A stretch of 62,317 bases of DNA, counting the filler, from Globobulimina sp. (taxonomy: Eukaryota), in the NCBI GenBank assembly GCA_003354225.1. It is 13 parts of 13 records of this genome, joined end to end, with 100 filler letters (N's around TTAATTAATTAA, not from the genome) between each part and the next. Parts side by side here need not be neighbours in the genome. Positions count along the whole stretch, not along the records: positions 19,227 to 23,930 come from PIVH01000986.1; positions 24,031 to 28,733 come from PIVH01000987.1; positions 28,834 to 33,535 come from PIVH01000988.1; positions 33,636 to 38,335 come from PIVH01000989.1; 9 more parts are not named here. The stretch is one strand, 5' to 3'. The notes under the pieces are model-generated. The model was not told where the DNA came from, ran no database searches, and saw only the letters and a list, made by a program, of their open reading frames with translations. This document shows, piece after piece, positions 22,846 to 35,403 of this stretch. Both the position numbers and the translations under genes were made by a program. Numbering within the stretch: position 1 is the first letter of the stretch; the number at the start of each line of letters is the position of its first letter.

Positions 22846-23047
22846 TGTATTAATGCAATGTTCATTTTGTAGCAGGTGGCTTTGTTATAATATATATTCC
22901 TATGTTTCTTTCAACATCTACATTAACTATGATCATCTGACAATATACATTGACAACTGATTGATTAATGGAAGTGCGTTTTTTCACTTTTTTTATAATT
23001 TAAATACTTTAATATCATCGGATTTACGCGGTTTTGGACAACAAGAT

Positions 23048-23930
23048 TTATTTAAACTGTTCATTATTATCATTAATAGTCATTTGTTGCGTCATTAATA
23101 GTCTCATTTCACGTCTTTTCTTTCTAAACTTTCTCCGTTTCCTACACCATTCCTTTCCCATTCTTATTTTCAAATCCTTTATTAACTTTTTATATAATTC
23201 ATCCCTTTCATTTTTCCGTTTATCTCTATGCCTTTTATTATGACTCGATTTCGTGAAGAACTTATTATGGATTTGTTTACTTTCTTCATTATTTATTTCC
23301 CGAGCAATATCCCTATCGCTTACCGCATTATTCCCATTTAAATACGCATCAATCTGCGAATTGTGTCGTAATACAAACTCTCGATGTCTTTTTATCATTA
23401 ATTTCTTATCTCCATTCTTATTTAAATGTATTTTATCCAATATTTTACGCAAATCCTTCTCTTTCAAATGAGAATATGCCGGATATGCCATCAATTTAAT
23501 GGGACAATCCTCTTTTTTCCTCATTTCAATCTCAGTTTGCTTGATTTCTATATCCATACTTTGTAATTGTATGTTTTTATTGTGGTTATTTCCATTATGT
23601 ATCATATCAATATCTTCATCCATGTCATCATTACATATTATTACTTGTTTTGTGTCACATTTTGTGTCCTTTGTATTTAAACATTGATCAATATGGGAAT
23701 TAATACACGATTTAACAACCAATTTGCTACAAATTGGACAATTTACTGCATTAGAATTTGCATTCAATTTCCTTTTATGTTTTGGTGGTTCCAATGAAAT
23801 ATCATTGTTGGTGATATCATTCAATCTCCTTTTTTTATTATTTTTTTTTTTATTTTTTTTGTTATTTTTTGTTATTGGGTTCAGAAATGCTATAATATTG
23901 TTTTTGTTTTTGTTATTGGAATTTGTTGGG
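23048..23930 (-). CDS. RAD18: RAD18-like E3 ligase, C-terminal part (UBZ4 + SAP)
   Basis: VNCPICS...INSHIDQCL and YSHLKEKDLRKIL...GDKKLMIKRHREFV..HNS. Confidence 0.8.
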
Positions 23931-24213
23931 NNNNNNNNNNNNNNNNNNNNNNNNNNNNNNNNNNNNNNNNNNNNTTAATTAATTAANNNNNNNNNNNNNN
24001 NNNNNNNNNNNNNNNNNNNNNNNNNNNNNNTGCGGGCCCTACTACATTAGTCGCCAAATTTAATGCGTCTTTTTCTTTTATTTGTTGGAAAATGTAACTT
24101 TCATTTGACATGGTAAAATTATCAAAAACAGTAAAGTAGATTTAGAAGTAGATTTAGTAAATAAGTGTAAGTGTACGGAGTTAACTCAGTTAAGTGATGA
24201 TACAAACGATTTA

Positions 24214-24648
24214 ATGCAGTATAATGTGAGTGATGGCGCTCGGATTTATGTGTCAAAATTGTGTTTAATGTCTCCTTCTACACTGTGCATGCAGTTGTGT
24301 CTAATTATAATAAAATTGGATAATACGCATTTTATATTACGATTAGGAGTTGAAAGGGGTCTAAGAATCGGAGACATTAAAATGAGAATACAAAATGAAC
24401 AGAATATTGATATTGAAGCACAAAAATTATTTTTTAATAAGAAATTGTTGCGTGATGATAACGGTATAAATGAGTATGGAATTAGTAATATGAATATATT
24501 ATGTTTAATTTTAAAATCAATGAATCGGAGAAATAGAGGCAATCTTAAAGGGAAAGTTCTACGTTGGAAAAAATGTAAAACATATGGGGATTTTGAAGAT
24601 TCTCTGCCATGTACACCATGTTCGAATTCAAGTGATTCAAGTGAGTGA
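24214..24648 (+). CDS. Ubiquitin-like domain protein
   Basis: IGDIKMRIQNEQNIDIEAQKLFFNKKLLRDDNGINEYGI. Confidence 0.75.
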   Translation: MQYNVSDGARIYVSKLCLMSPSTLCMQLCLIIIKLDNTHFILRLGVERGLRIGDIKMRIQNEQNIDIEAQKLFFNKKLLRDDNGINEYGISNMNILCLILKSMNRRNRGNLKGKVLRWKKCKTYGDFEDSLPCTPCSNSSDSSE

Positions 24649-24810
24649 TTAATTGTATTATTTTACTATATTGTTTATGTTTTTTTTTAATTATTATATT
24701 AAAATTGTTTAAAAATTAGGGTGCTGTGAAAAAGAAAATTAATTTTGTACATTGCAAATAAAAATGTGGCCTGTGGACAAAACATCAGGATTTTGAAGTT
24801 TTTAGTAATA

Positions 24811-26924
24811 ATGTCTTACACAGAGCAACTTGTTCGCAATTTTGTTATGCGAGACGACGAACGTAAATTAGTTCCATCGGAGATAACATCGCTATGTTGC
24901 AATTATTATGGATATCGTTTGTGTTGCATTGCACTTTCCAAACATAAGAAATTGCCAACATCCGCTGTATATTTGAATGTTATTGAATATGAAAATATTA
25001 ACAAACACGAAACTAAAACTAAAACTAAGATGTGGTCCTGTTTGATGTGTTCATATCGCAACAAACAATCAAATGAGCGCTGTTTCATATGTCATTACAA
25101 AAAAGACACCAAATATGCCCCCGGCGCAATCCGTCCAAATAGTAAATATTGGCAATATCCATGCATTTACATAGACAAACACGAAAACGGGAGCTTCAAT
25201 GATCTAACTAAAGAATACAGATTGAATGAGATAATTGATGTTGATACAGATATTAATATAACAGAAGCGTTATACTGTGCCATTATACTTGGCCACATTT
25301 CTTGTTTTAAATATTTATCGCCCACAGCAAATTACCCCAAATTAAATATGTACGCTCCATTGTTCATGGCAGCGAAATGCGATCAAATTTCGATAATGAA
25401 AATATTATTAAACAGTGGACTCAACGAAATGGATCCAAACCAACTGAGTGGGAATCCTGACACCAAATTATTATCCCCATTGATGACAGCATGTGCTTTT
25501 AACTCTGTCGCCGCAGCCAATCTGTTGATTAATTTGCCAAATATACAAATAAACGCTAAGGCAATCTATGTGAATCATATTCGAGATGGTTCGACTGCGT
25601 TCAACATAGCGTGTAATAACGGGAATATTGAATGTGTGAAACTGTTATTAACACATAAAAAAGTGTCAATCGACCAAGCCAGAACTGACGAAAGAACACC
25701 ACTTTGGTTGGCTTCCTGTCGTGGACATTTAGAAATTGTTCAATTATTACTGAACCATTCGAATTCGCCCAAAGTTAATATCGATAAACAGGACGAGAAG
25801 GGCTTCAATCCTTTGTTTGTTGCCTCACAGAATGGACATACAGAAGTTGTCAAACTTTTGCTGAAAAATAATGTATATTTTATATTTCTATACATAATGT
25901 TTTGTTATCTGATTTGTGTATTAATAATTAGGCGGATGTTACAGTTAAATGCGAACGGCATCACTTGTCTTTGTGGATAGCGTCATTACGGGGACGCTGT
26001 GAGACGGTCAAAGTATTGGTGAAACATCCAAATATTGACATAAATGACCAGGACGAATCTGGAGTAAGTGCACTTTGGGCCGCCTGTCAAAATGGACACG
26101 ATGAAGTTGTTAAAGTATTGTTAGATCCATTGAATTTGCATCAGAATCTAGATAACGACGAAAATAAACAAGAAGTAGATATTGAGGCAGTCGCTATTTA
26201 TCAATCTGTAGTATATGACAACCAACAGTTGCTATTAAGAGAAAAGCCGAAAAAGATAGTTGGCGCTGATCCAAATCTGGCCAAAAATGATCGCTGTACA
26301 CCGTTATGGATTGCATCAGCCAGAGGCGAATTGGAATGTGTTCGTTTATTATTGAGATACGGCGCTGATATAAATATAAAAGATGATCGAGGCGCAACGC
26401 CCTTATTTGTAGCGTGCCAAAATGGCAAAGCAGCGGTGGTTGACTTGTTATTGACAATACATGATATAAATGCGAATCAGGAGAGAGAGAGTGATGGGAC
26501 CACACCAATTATGATGGCTGCGCATAATAACCACATTGCAATTATTCACTCATTATTGAAGAAGGGCGCTCAGATTACCAAACTGAACAACAGTGGATTA
26601 AGTGTGATTGGTTGCGCTGCAATGCAGGGACATTTAGCCGTTATTATTTTGTTAGATGAGAGCTTAAGGAAATGTCAAAATGTATGCGACAAAGATGTTG
26701 TTGCTTTTATGGACAGCGCTGATAAGGAAAATGGATGGACTGCGTTGCATTTAGCTTGTATGGGCGGACACGATGATGTTGCAAAATATTTAATAAATAT
26801 TGTTAAGGTTGATATATCAAAGCGAGATTATGAACTGAAAAATGCTCTAGAACATGCTTGGCAAAATGGACACCAATCACTTGTTTCTTGGTTATCTGTA
26901 GAAGCACACATGGACATTGTTTGA
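24811..26924 (+). CDS. Ankyrin-repeat protein with N-terminal box and RanBP2-type Zn finger; intron 25873-25931
   Basis: WSCLMCSYRN..CFIC, and many TPLxxA..GH repeats across two ORFs joined by a GT..AG intron. Confidence 0.9.
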
Positions 26925-27197
26925 GAGTTTGTCAGTATGGGTGCCTAATATGAGCATTTTTCTATCTTCTTCGTTCTTGGTCCCATATATTTGTAACTTT
27001 CGAAAAATCATAATTGGTATTTGCTGTACCTGTGTACTGGTATAAGCAAGTTGGCGCTTTGTAAAAACAGACTGAGTCTGCAACTCCAGCCTGGTCACCG
27101 GATCCACTGAAACGCAACATTTGGCTGGCATTTTGAGAACTGGCTGGCATTTTAGAGCAGCAATTACGGACTCAATTTTGAGGTTCAAAAACAGTTT

Positions 27198-28022
27198 TCA
27201 GTTTACTGTGTAACATCCCAATATTGGTTCTTTGGTTTTGTTCTGTTTTAAAAGTCTTTCATTTGGCGGTGGACATAGCCTCTCATTTGGCACCTTAATC
27301 CAATCATATTTTGCCCCAAAATGTAACCGGCCCTCATTCGGGAAGAAAAGAAATATTTTTTGTCCTCGTTGGCGTAAACAATCTCCCTGAATCACTGCAC
27401 CATTCTCACACATATATCCCACCGAAAGTACACCAGTAAAATCTGTTCTTTTTGTCCAATCTTCAGTTAATTCAAAATGTAACGGCAAATATATACTTGC
27501 AATTTTATGGCAAATAGTCTCGTTAATGTTAGAATACATATTATTATTTGCATCATAATGGTTCCATGATATTGTCCATTTGAAATGTATTTGATTCACA
27601 TTTCTTGGCATTGATATATAATCACTGTTTTTTGTATTGATGATAATTAGTGATTGTGTTAATAATAATTCCTCATATTTATCCATTTGCCATTTATTCA
27701 CATTTCTTTCACTGGAAGTTATCAACTGATTTATTTTTAATTTGTTTTGTATGGTTTTTTTATCTGTAATTATGAATCCTATAATGAGATCAAAACAAAA
27801 TAACATTGATTCATCATTAAATTCTGTGGTAATGAATTCTTTCATTGCATTTTTAATGTCATTTTTTTTATATGGAAATGAAATGATTATAATGTGATCG
27901 CATTGTAATGTCATAATATCATTATCTATATTGCATAAACATTGTGTGTATTGTTTCGGAGGAATTGTTGAATCAAAACATTCAAATGTTCGTAAAACTG
28001 TATTATTCAAAGCAACTGCCAT
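27198..28022 (-). CDS. Hypothetical protein
   Basis: 274-aa ORF in AT-rich DNA; no family recognised. Confidence 0.5.
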   Translation of the reverse strand: MAVALNNTVLRTFECFDSTIPPKQYTQCLCNIDNDIMTLQCDHIIIISFPYKKNDIKNAMKEFITTEFNDESMLFCFDLIIGFIITDKKTIQNKLKINQLITSSERNVNKWQMDKYEELLLTQSLIIINTKNSDYISMPRNVNQIHFKWTISWNHYDANNNMYSNINETICHKIASIYLPLHFELTEDWTKRTDFTGVLSVGYMCENGAVIQGDCLRQRGQKIFLFFPNEGRLHFGAKYDWIKVPNERLCPPPNERLLKQNKTKEPILGCYTVN

Positions 28023-29146
28023 GAGTGATATGCAGGAAAAAAAAAGAAAAAACGATGTGATAAATATGTGCTAAAAATCTTAGCTTAATCTTAGATTAGT
28101 TAGAAAACACTTCGTTTTAAAAATTCGCACATTCACAAGTCATCATCCGTTTCCGGCCTCATCCGTTTCTCTTCTTATTATCAACCCCGAAGTATAAAAA
28201 ATACGGAACAAGAAAAAATGCATAAACACAAACATTTAAAAATGCACAAATGCATAAATTTTATAGTACATTTTGAATCATACTCTTTGATGCATTTGCT
28301 TGTGTTATTTGCATGCTGGCGTTTTTTAATATAATTTGTTTAAATCCGCGCAAATTCGCATAAAAAAATCTAACACAATTATGCCACCTCCCTCCCCTCC
28401 ACCGTAAATTACAGAATATGTATTGTATAAAACCAATCAAAAAATAAACACAAAACAAACAAAACATAACCACAAACCAACCAAAAAATACGCACAAACA
28501 AACATAAAACAAAAATAACGCACATAAGAATAAAAATATGTATAGTACCTCTGAGAGTTGCGGGCCGGGCACAATTAATTCTATAACAAATCAGTTGCAA
28601 CAAAACAAAACATTAAAAATTAATGTATACAGATCGATTACATTCGGATTTTAAATCAAAATATTTAGTATCCATTGCAAATTGTTTGATATTTATAAAA
28701 TGTAATATATTATTTGATGGATATCGAGTTATANNNNNNNNNNNNNNNNNNNNNNNNNNNNNNNNNNNNNNNNNNNNTTAATTAATTAANNNNNNNNNNN
28801 NNNNNNNNNNNNNNNNNNNNNNNNNNNNNNNNNAAAAAAGGAAAAAAGAAAAACTAATTTTTAGCATATTTATTTATTTTATTTTTTACCAGGTGTTTCT
28901 CAACACCACCAATTTGATGAATAAGCAGAAATTATACCAGTTTAATATGCAATATAGTTAATAACCGTTACCGTCGATTAGGAAAAAATGATTTTGACGT
29001 TTTCAGATGAATGTACAGTATGAACTAGTCATGAACTCCTCAAATCAACACCCACAATTGTAACGACAAAGACAGTTGGCACCTCATCAGCTACTCAATA
29101 TCCTCCTACATATATCATACTGTTTTTGATTGAGGATAGACAACAA

Positions 29147-30295
29147 ATGACACATTCTGCCAAAACATTGAAACCTGTGGCAAATACCGAATGGACACCG
29201 ATCCAATATCAGGAAAAAGGTAATTCCAGTGATTGGCTAAAAGAAAAATTGAAAACAAAACCAACAAAGAAGCGTAAAATATTTAAACCGGGGCCACGGG
29301 ACATTGGTCGTATCGAATGCAAAAATGGATGGACGCCCATCAAGTTAACTAAAACGGAGGAAATAAGCCTAAATTGTGGCGCATTTTTGCAGGAACAATC
29401 AACGTATAAAACAAAGAAATCAAAGAAACGAAAAAAAAAGTTAAAAATATATAAACCAGGACCCAGAGATATTGGTAAAAACGATAAATGGAAACAAACC
29501 CCAATAAAGCGTAGAAAATCAGCACCAAAATATATAAAACTGAAACGAATTAAGCTAAAATCCTCTGTATCGGCACAAGTGTCCAATTTAAAAATTATTT
29601 TCAGTCCAAATACCAGTCCAACAATCAACGAAGTCACATTTATCGGTTTCCCACCATCGCCACAACCAACATATTCATTTAGAGGCAAAAGCAAAAGTGG
29701 CGCGGATGAAACACCACAACCACAATCCGCTCGATTCACATTCGAAGATATCACATCAAAATATAAGCCACATCGCATTAAATGGACAAAAGCCAAATCT
29801 TGCAATGATGCTCGCATTGCAACAGAGTTTACCTTTTCTGATGAAGAGGAAAGTGAATCTCAAGAGTTTCAAGAGTTTGATGGTAATGATAATGACTGCA
29901 AACATAATGAAAAATGCAGGCAAATTAATGAATTATTATCAGCTTTATTTGAATGCGAAGCGGATGAATCTAATGAGGATTTGTCCGGAGACGACAATGA
30001 TAATATAAGCGACATACAAACAATGGAAACCATGGAAACAAAAACAGTAAAGACAGCAACGCCGAATTATACCATTGTTATTGATGGAATAGAAAAAAAT
30101 GAGAAGGGAGATAATGTTTATAGTGGTTGCATCGAAAGTTCTTTTAAAAACATTGAGAATGACGATGACGACGGAGATGATGGCGAATTATTATTTGATT
30201 TTTCAAGTTTTATTTCCAATTTGAAAAAGAAAATGAAGGACAATAACCATCTTGCAAACCAGATGCAAATGGAAATTGCTGCAAAACATAAGTAA
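29147..30295 (+). CDS. Hypothetical basic/acidic low-complexity protein with internal KPGPRDIG..TPIK repeat
   Basis: Long ORF with a basic N-half and acidic C-half. Confidence 0.55.
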   Translation: MTHSAKTLKPVANTEWTPIQYQEKGNSSDWLKEKLKTKPTKKRKIFKPGPRDIGRIECKNGWTPIKLTKTEEISLNCGAFLQEQSTYKTKKSKKRKKKLKIYKPGPRDIGKNDKWKQTPIKRRKSAPKYIKLKRIKLKSSVSAQVSNLKIIFSPNTSPTINEVTFIGFPPSPQPTYSFRGKSKSGADETPQPQSARFTFEDITSKYKPHRIKWTKAKSCNDARIATEFTFSDEEESESQEFQEFDGNDNDCKHNEKCRQINELLSALFECEADESNEDLSGDDNDNISDIQTMETMETKTVKTATPNYTIVIDGIEKNEKGDNVYSGCIESSFKNIENDDDDGDDGELLFDFSSFISNLKKKMKDNNHLANQMQMEIAAKHK

Positions 30296-30538
30296 TTGTT
30301 CTTTCTTTGCCAAATTATTGTTTTATGTTAATAATATTTGTATTATTTTTGTTTTCTTTTCTGCATATATATTATTTACAGATTTTCTTTAATATTTATT
30401 ATTTTCGTGACATATTTTTTCATTGTATCATATCTTGTTTTTGCTGTCTTTTTTAATGCAATAATATTCAATTCAATTCAATTTAATTTCATCTCAATTC
30501 AGTATTAGAAGTGTACTGAAAAACGTTTTTTGTAAATC

Positions 30539-31180
30539 ATGTCAGCTTCAGGAAACAACCAAAAATATGAACAAACTGAAATAGATCCACCAAGCAATGA
30601 TAATCGTATAATGGGTTTCGTGCTGGAATATGCCATTCACCATAACCTTGCAGCAACAGTTGGTGAATGTGTTAAACAAATGGACATTAGCGACTTATGT
30701 CAATTACGACGTTGTTCATTGAAAGCAATGATTATATTTTATGCGCAAACCATAATCCTTTCAAACGAAAAGAACAAATTAGAAGACGCCTTGTTATGTT
30801 TAAAGAAATTATTTGCGTACAATAATTTTATAATGAATGATAAAAAAGCAAGCAAAGCGTGGGACGCATTGCGCAGAGGAATCCAATATCAAATCGTGGT
30901 GCACCATTTGCAAGCATGCGGCCCGCGGAGTGCCTTGCAAGTTATTAACAATTATTTCCCACAGAATCTCGACAATGACAAGGATCACAAGTTCCGAAAT
31001 AAATTGGTGACACTTTGTCACGATGTCCAAAATGATAAAGCAATCACTCCAATCAAATGGCGCAAATTTAAGGATTGGAGCAAATCGCCATTTTCAGTGT
31101 TACTCAAACATTGCGGCACACCAATACTTGAACAAGTCGCCGAGGCACAAATCAAAAGCCAGCAACAACAACAAATTTGA
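30539..31180 (+). CDS. Helical hypothetical protein, possibly TRFH-like
   Basis: Intact 213-aa ORF with weak by-eye resemblance to the TRF homology domain C-half. Confidence 0.45.
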   Translation: MSASGNNQKYEQTEIDPPSNDNRIMGFVLEYAIHHNLAATVGECVKQMDISDLCQLRRCSLKAMIIFYAQTIILSNEKNKLEDALLCLKKLFAYNNFIMNDKKASKAWDALRRGIQYQIVVHHLQACGPRSALQVINNYFPQNLDNDKDHKFRNKLVTLCHDVQNDKAITPIKWRKFKDWSKSPFSVLLKHCGTPILEQVAEAQIKSQQQQQI

Positions 31181-31298
31181 TATCGATTGAAAATTAAAGA
31201 AATGAAAAACAACTTCAACACTTGCTACTTGCTACAGTATTTAAATAAAATAATCGATCAGATCTTATATTAATAAAATTTATACATTAATTGTCTTG

Positions 31299-33353
31299 TT
31301 ATGCGATGTAATGATAAGTATTTGAGTCATTCTCATCCCTTTTTAGATATTCCCGCTCCATCAGATCATTGATTCTTTGCTTTACCTGTTTTGGATCCAC
31401 TTTAAATCTATGCATTAATTGCTGCGACACATTTGCGATTAACAGTGAATGCTTGAACATTTTCCTAGTTTTCATGATCCGCACAATACTCGCTTCAATC
31501 ATCAATCTCCGGTCGCCAAACACTTGCAACTCGTTCTCTTTCCGTTGCTGCTTTGTGATTTTATGGACGCCCGTCGGGATTCGATACCGTTTATTGGCCG
31601 GATTCCACTCCATATTCATAGACAACACATGTTTGCTGTCATATCCTTTCGACGGCTCTTTATTCAAAATATGGAATTTCTTACTACACAGCGGCTTCAA
31701 TTGTTTCTTCATTTTATTGCGGTCCACGCCTAACATCCGCGTCATGTCTACGATCTTGATGGACGAGATCTGATTCAATATCAACAATATGCAACATTGC
31801 AAGGTGGACACCTCCAAAATCACAGACTTGTTATTATTAAAATGTCCGATCACTGACACCGTGCCCAAATCGTGAATAAAAGTTAAGAGCCGCCGCGAAT
31901 GCAACGATTTGAAATACGCTTCAAAATAATCCACCACTTTCTTCATCGAACGAGGCAACATCAAACTGGATTTATTATCGCTATTAAAGGTGGGCCAAAA
32001 GCCAGAGGTCAACACTTTGCAATTGAACTCGTACTGGAACGGTTTCTTATGTTTATGTTGCAGCAAATAGCGCGCAAACTGCACCTGATGGTCGTTGGAG
32101 CGCTGCATGTCTTTGAGCATTCCCTCCAATTTGCTCGTAAACTGCGCGCCGCACCGCAACTTCAACTGCGATATAAAAGTCTGCTCCGCGTATTGCGACG
32201 ACGACTTGCTAGTCAACAGGCGTTTGGCCAACTGCTTGCGGTAAAATTCTAAGAAGACGTCCTTGTCGTGAATGTAGGCAAATAATTTGGACAATTTATC
32301 CAACCGATTATACAATTCAGTCTCGCACAGTTTGATCCCGCCGTCGATGCGCATCAAATAGTCGATGTACGTCGACAGCAACTCGCAAATAGACCGATCG
32401 TGCTCGCTGTTCGTATTCGCGCCGTCATTGCGCGTATTCAATATCACACAGTATCCGTCGGACAGCGCCTTGCTAAAATCCGCGTGGTTCTTGAAACATT
32501 GCGCTATGATCCTCTCGTGATGCTGGTACAAATTAATCAAGGTCTCGACGAAGACTTTGGTGTCTTTCTTTTGTATATATTTATTTGTCCATTTGTATAT
32601 ATCCGCAGTGCAAGGATATGGAAACAAAACCTGTTGATATGCTTTTTGCAATTTGTCGCTGCCTTCGTCTTGGATGCGTTTGCTGACAATCTGGCAGATT
32701 TTCGGCAATGTGTTGGGAACCATCGAATAGAGCTTAAAGAGCAGGGTCAGCGAAGCGTAGTCTTCCTCGGCAATCATAGCGTAGACGCCGCTGCAGGTAA
32801 AGGCGCACTGTTTGGGGCTCACTAATAACACCGCATACAGCCTCTTCAATAGCTCATTGTGAGTGCTGTGGTGCAAATAATCGGTTTCTCGCTGCTGCTC
32901 GCATTCGATGATGGATTCGCATTCGAGCAGATATTCACAGCAAGTCAAGGAATGCAGCATTTTTTGCGCTTTGAAGAGGTAATATTTGGTGGTTTCTTTC
33001 AAATATATCTTCTCGAAGTCTTCCTTATATGTTCGCAAGTCGCCGCCTTTCACGTCGATGAACATTGAGATGAAATCTCGTAACACGCTCCGGTCAATAC
33101 ATTTGTTGTCGCGATCCTTCTCAATCAACTCTAATGCGACCGGCATGCAATGCGATTTCACGGTGGAAAAGATGATCTCTTTGAATTCGCGGACGGCTAC
33201 TTTGCGTAAAGGCGATTTGTGGAATCTTTTCACATATTGCCGGTCCAAATAAGCAAACTCCGCTACGAGTCCTTCGTGGCGACAACAACGATACAATCCA
33301 TCTCGCCACGCATTCCAATAATAAATTAATTGTCGGATAATAATCGGAACCAA
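31299..33353 (-). CDS. Cullin (CUL1-like); 5' exon structure unresolved
   Basis: FAYLDRQYV, DKDVFLEFYRKQLAKRLL, FTSKLEGMLKD, VLTSGFWP, and neddylation domain IEASIVRIMKTRK...YHYIA. Confidence 0.93.
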   Translation of the reverse strand: MVPIIIRQLIYYWNAWRDGLYRCCRHEGLVAEFAYLDRQYVKRFHKSPLRKVAVREFKEIIFSTVKSHCMPVALELIEKDRDNKCIDRSVLRDFISMFIDVKGGDLRTYKEDFEKIYLKETTKYYLFKAQKMLHSLTCCEYLLECESIIECEQQRETDYLHHSTHNELLKRLYAVLLVSPKQCAFTCSGVYAMIAEEDYASLTLLFKLYSMVPNTLPKICQIVSKRIQDEGSDKLQKAYQQVLFPYPCTADIYKWTNKYIQKKDTKVFVETLINLYQHHERIIAQCFKNHADFSKALSDGYCVILNTRNDGANTNSEHDRSICELLSTYIDYLMRIDGGIKLCETELYNRLDKLSKLFAYIHDKDVFLEFYRKQLAKRLLTSKSSSQYAEQTFISQLKLRCGAQFTSKLEGMLKDMQRSNDHQVQFARYLLQHKHKKPFQYEFNCKVLTSGFWPTFNSDNKSSLMLPRSMKKVVDYFEAYFKSLHSRRLLTFIHDLGTVSVIGHFNNNKSVILEVSTLQCCILLILNQISSIKIVDMTRMLGVDRNKMKKQLKPLCSKKFHILNKEPSKGYDSKHVLSMNMEWNPANKRYRIPTGVHKITKQQRKENELQVFGDRRLMIEASIVRIMKTRKMFKHSLLIANVSQQLMHRFKVDPKQVKQRINDLMEREYLKRDENDSNTYHYIA

Positions 33354-33818
33354 TTTTAAATATTAGCAACCAATTCCGGACCGCCATACGCCGTCGTTCT
33401 GAGAATATTATATTTTTTACATTCACAACACAAAACAAAGCAAAACAAAACATAATCAAAACGTATCTGAGTTAAATTAAATTAATTCTCTCCAGGTGAC
33501 ATGATTTAATAGGCTTTTGAGAAACTAAGCTTGGCNNNNNNNNNNNNNNNNNNNNNNNNNNNNNNNNNNNNNNNNNNNNTTAATTAATTAANNNNNNNNN
33601 NNNNNNNNNNNNNNNNNNNNNNNNNNNNNNNNNNNTTGGTGTCTGTTGTTTGTTTGCCAAAGGAAAGAGTCGCTGAACTTGACTGTTAAAACTGGTTCCT
33701 TTGAAAACGCGACATCTTTTGTGGTCTTACATCTTTTGTGGTCTTTTTTTGTGTCAAAATGCGGACAGGTTTTTGAGACTCAAAAGAAGTTTTCAGTGCC
33801 AAGTGGAAGTACTGGTAT

Positions 33819-35261
33819 TTGGTGTATAAAGGGACTGCGTGTGTTGAGGAACTTGCAAGTATAAATATGGACATTAATGACTCTATTTCTTCTTCGAGCA
33901 CGACGACCGGTTCCTTTCACATTGATCTCATCAAGCGTTTTTTCAAAAAAAATGCAAAAAATGTAAAAAATGCAAAAACAGGTGTGAAACGAGTCAAGTT
34001 TCGCAAAACAGAATATTTCGGAGAGTCTGAATTAATTTATCATACTTCAAATAGTAAAACAATTTTTGCCGCTGACAAAGTCTGTTGTTTATGCATTTGT
34101 AGCGATGAATTTGAGTATGTGTTGGGTCCATTTGAGTCATTATTAAAACGTGGGCAGGCAGCAGATTATAAATTAATTTCTGATGCGAATTCAATAAATT
34201 CGAATGTGGTTAAACGAGCAAGCAAAGTTGATCTAATGGTCCAAGATTTAACTTCATTTAAATATGGCCCAATTGTGGGAAAAGGAAATTATTCCTATGT
34301 TCGAATTGTTCGACATACAAAAACAAAGAAATTGTATGCATTGAAATGTGTACATAAATCATTTTTATTCACAGAAACTGGTCACTTAAAACAGTATAAC
34401 ATAAAGGTATTATTTAATGAACGCGATGGATTACGAGAATGCTCTGTCATTCATAACCAATCCACAACATTTATAACGCGTTTATTTAATACATTTAGCG
34501 ATAAATCGTTTGTGTATTTTTTATTGGAATGTGGTGAAGCCGGAGATTTTGGAGGGTTCATAGATAAAACTGGCAGTTTCAGTGAGTCTGAAGCTCGATT
34601 CTACATTGGATGTTTGATTCTGGCCCTTTATGACATACATTCATTGGATTTGATACATAGGGACATCAAGCCAGAAAATTTAGTGATGACAAGAGATGGA
34701 TATTTAAAATTGACGGATTTTGGCTTTTGCGCTAAATTACGGAGAGGGAAGCAATGTTTTACCATATGTGGTTCGTGCGGATATATGGCGCCAGAGATAA
34801 TGTTAGAGACTGGCTATGGACAGGCGGCCGATTGGTTTGCTGTCGGTTGCATTTTATATCATATGCTGACGGGCAGCAGTCCATTCCCTACCATTGACCA
34901 ACAATTTAATATTTTAACCAACACAGATGTAGAAATACCCAAATATCTCGGCTATAATGTTCGCAAACTATTGAAGGATTTTTTAATTTTTAAACCTGTG
35001 AAAAGATTAGGGAGTGACTTGCATCGAGATTTTGTTAAAATTAAAACACATCCATGGTTTAATGGATTTGACTGGAACAAATTATCAAAACAAAAAATGG
35101 AATCTCCGCAACAATTTCCCGCCTCAAAACAAAAGAGCAGTAATAATTTATTTGATACACATCACGTTGGTAAAGCAAAGATTCGTAAATTAAATAAAAA
35201 AAAAGAATTCCAATCATTTAAAATCGCGCAAGAATTCAAAAATTGGGATAAAGATTGGTGA
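33819..35261 (+). CDS. cGMP-dependent-like AGC protein kinase (cNMP-binding + kinase), 5' partial
   Basis: EYFGESEL cNMP motif, GKGNYS, YALK, HRDIKPEN, TDFGF, GYMAPE, and AGC tail WDKDW. Confidence 0.88.
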   Translation: MVYKGTACVEELASINMDINDSISSSSTTTGSFHIDLIKRFFKKNAKNVKNAKTGVKRVKFRKTEYFGESELIYHTSNSKTIFAADKVCCLCICSDEFEYVLGPFESLLKRGQAADYKLISDANSINSNVVKRASKVDLMVQDLTSFKYGPIVGKGNYSYVRIVRHTKTKKLYALKCVHKSFLFTETGHLKQYNIKVLFNERDGLRECSVIHNQSTTFITRLFNTFSDKSFVYFLLECGEAGDFGGFIDKTGSFSESEARFYIGCLILALYDIHSLDLIHRDIKPENLVMTRDGYLKLTDFGFCAKLRRGKQCFTICGSCGYMAPEIMLETGYGQAADWFAVGCILYHMLTGSSPFPTIDQQFNILTNTDVEIPKYLGYNVRKLLKDFLIFKPVKRLGSDLHRDFVKIKTHPWFNGFDWNKLSKQKMESPQQFPASKQKSSNNLFDTHHVGKAKIRKLNKKKEFQSFKIAQEFKNWDKDW

Positions 35262-35403
35262 TCAGATATATACTTTGTGACAGTTTGTGTGCAACGCTTG
35301 ATAATATATTAAAAACATCCCATCCGGACTTATCCGGTAATTACATAATAGCATAATGGTTTGATATTAGTCGTATGACTCATATTATATTAGACGTTTC
35401 CGC

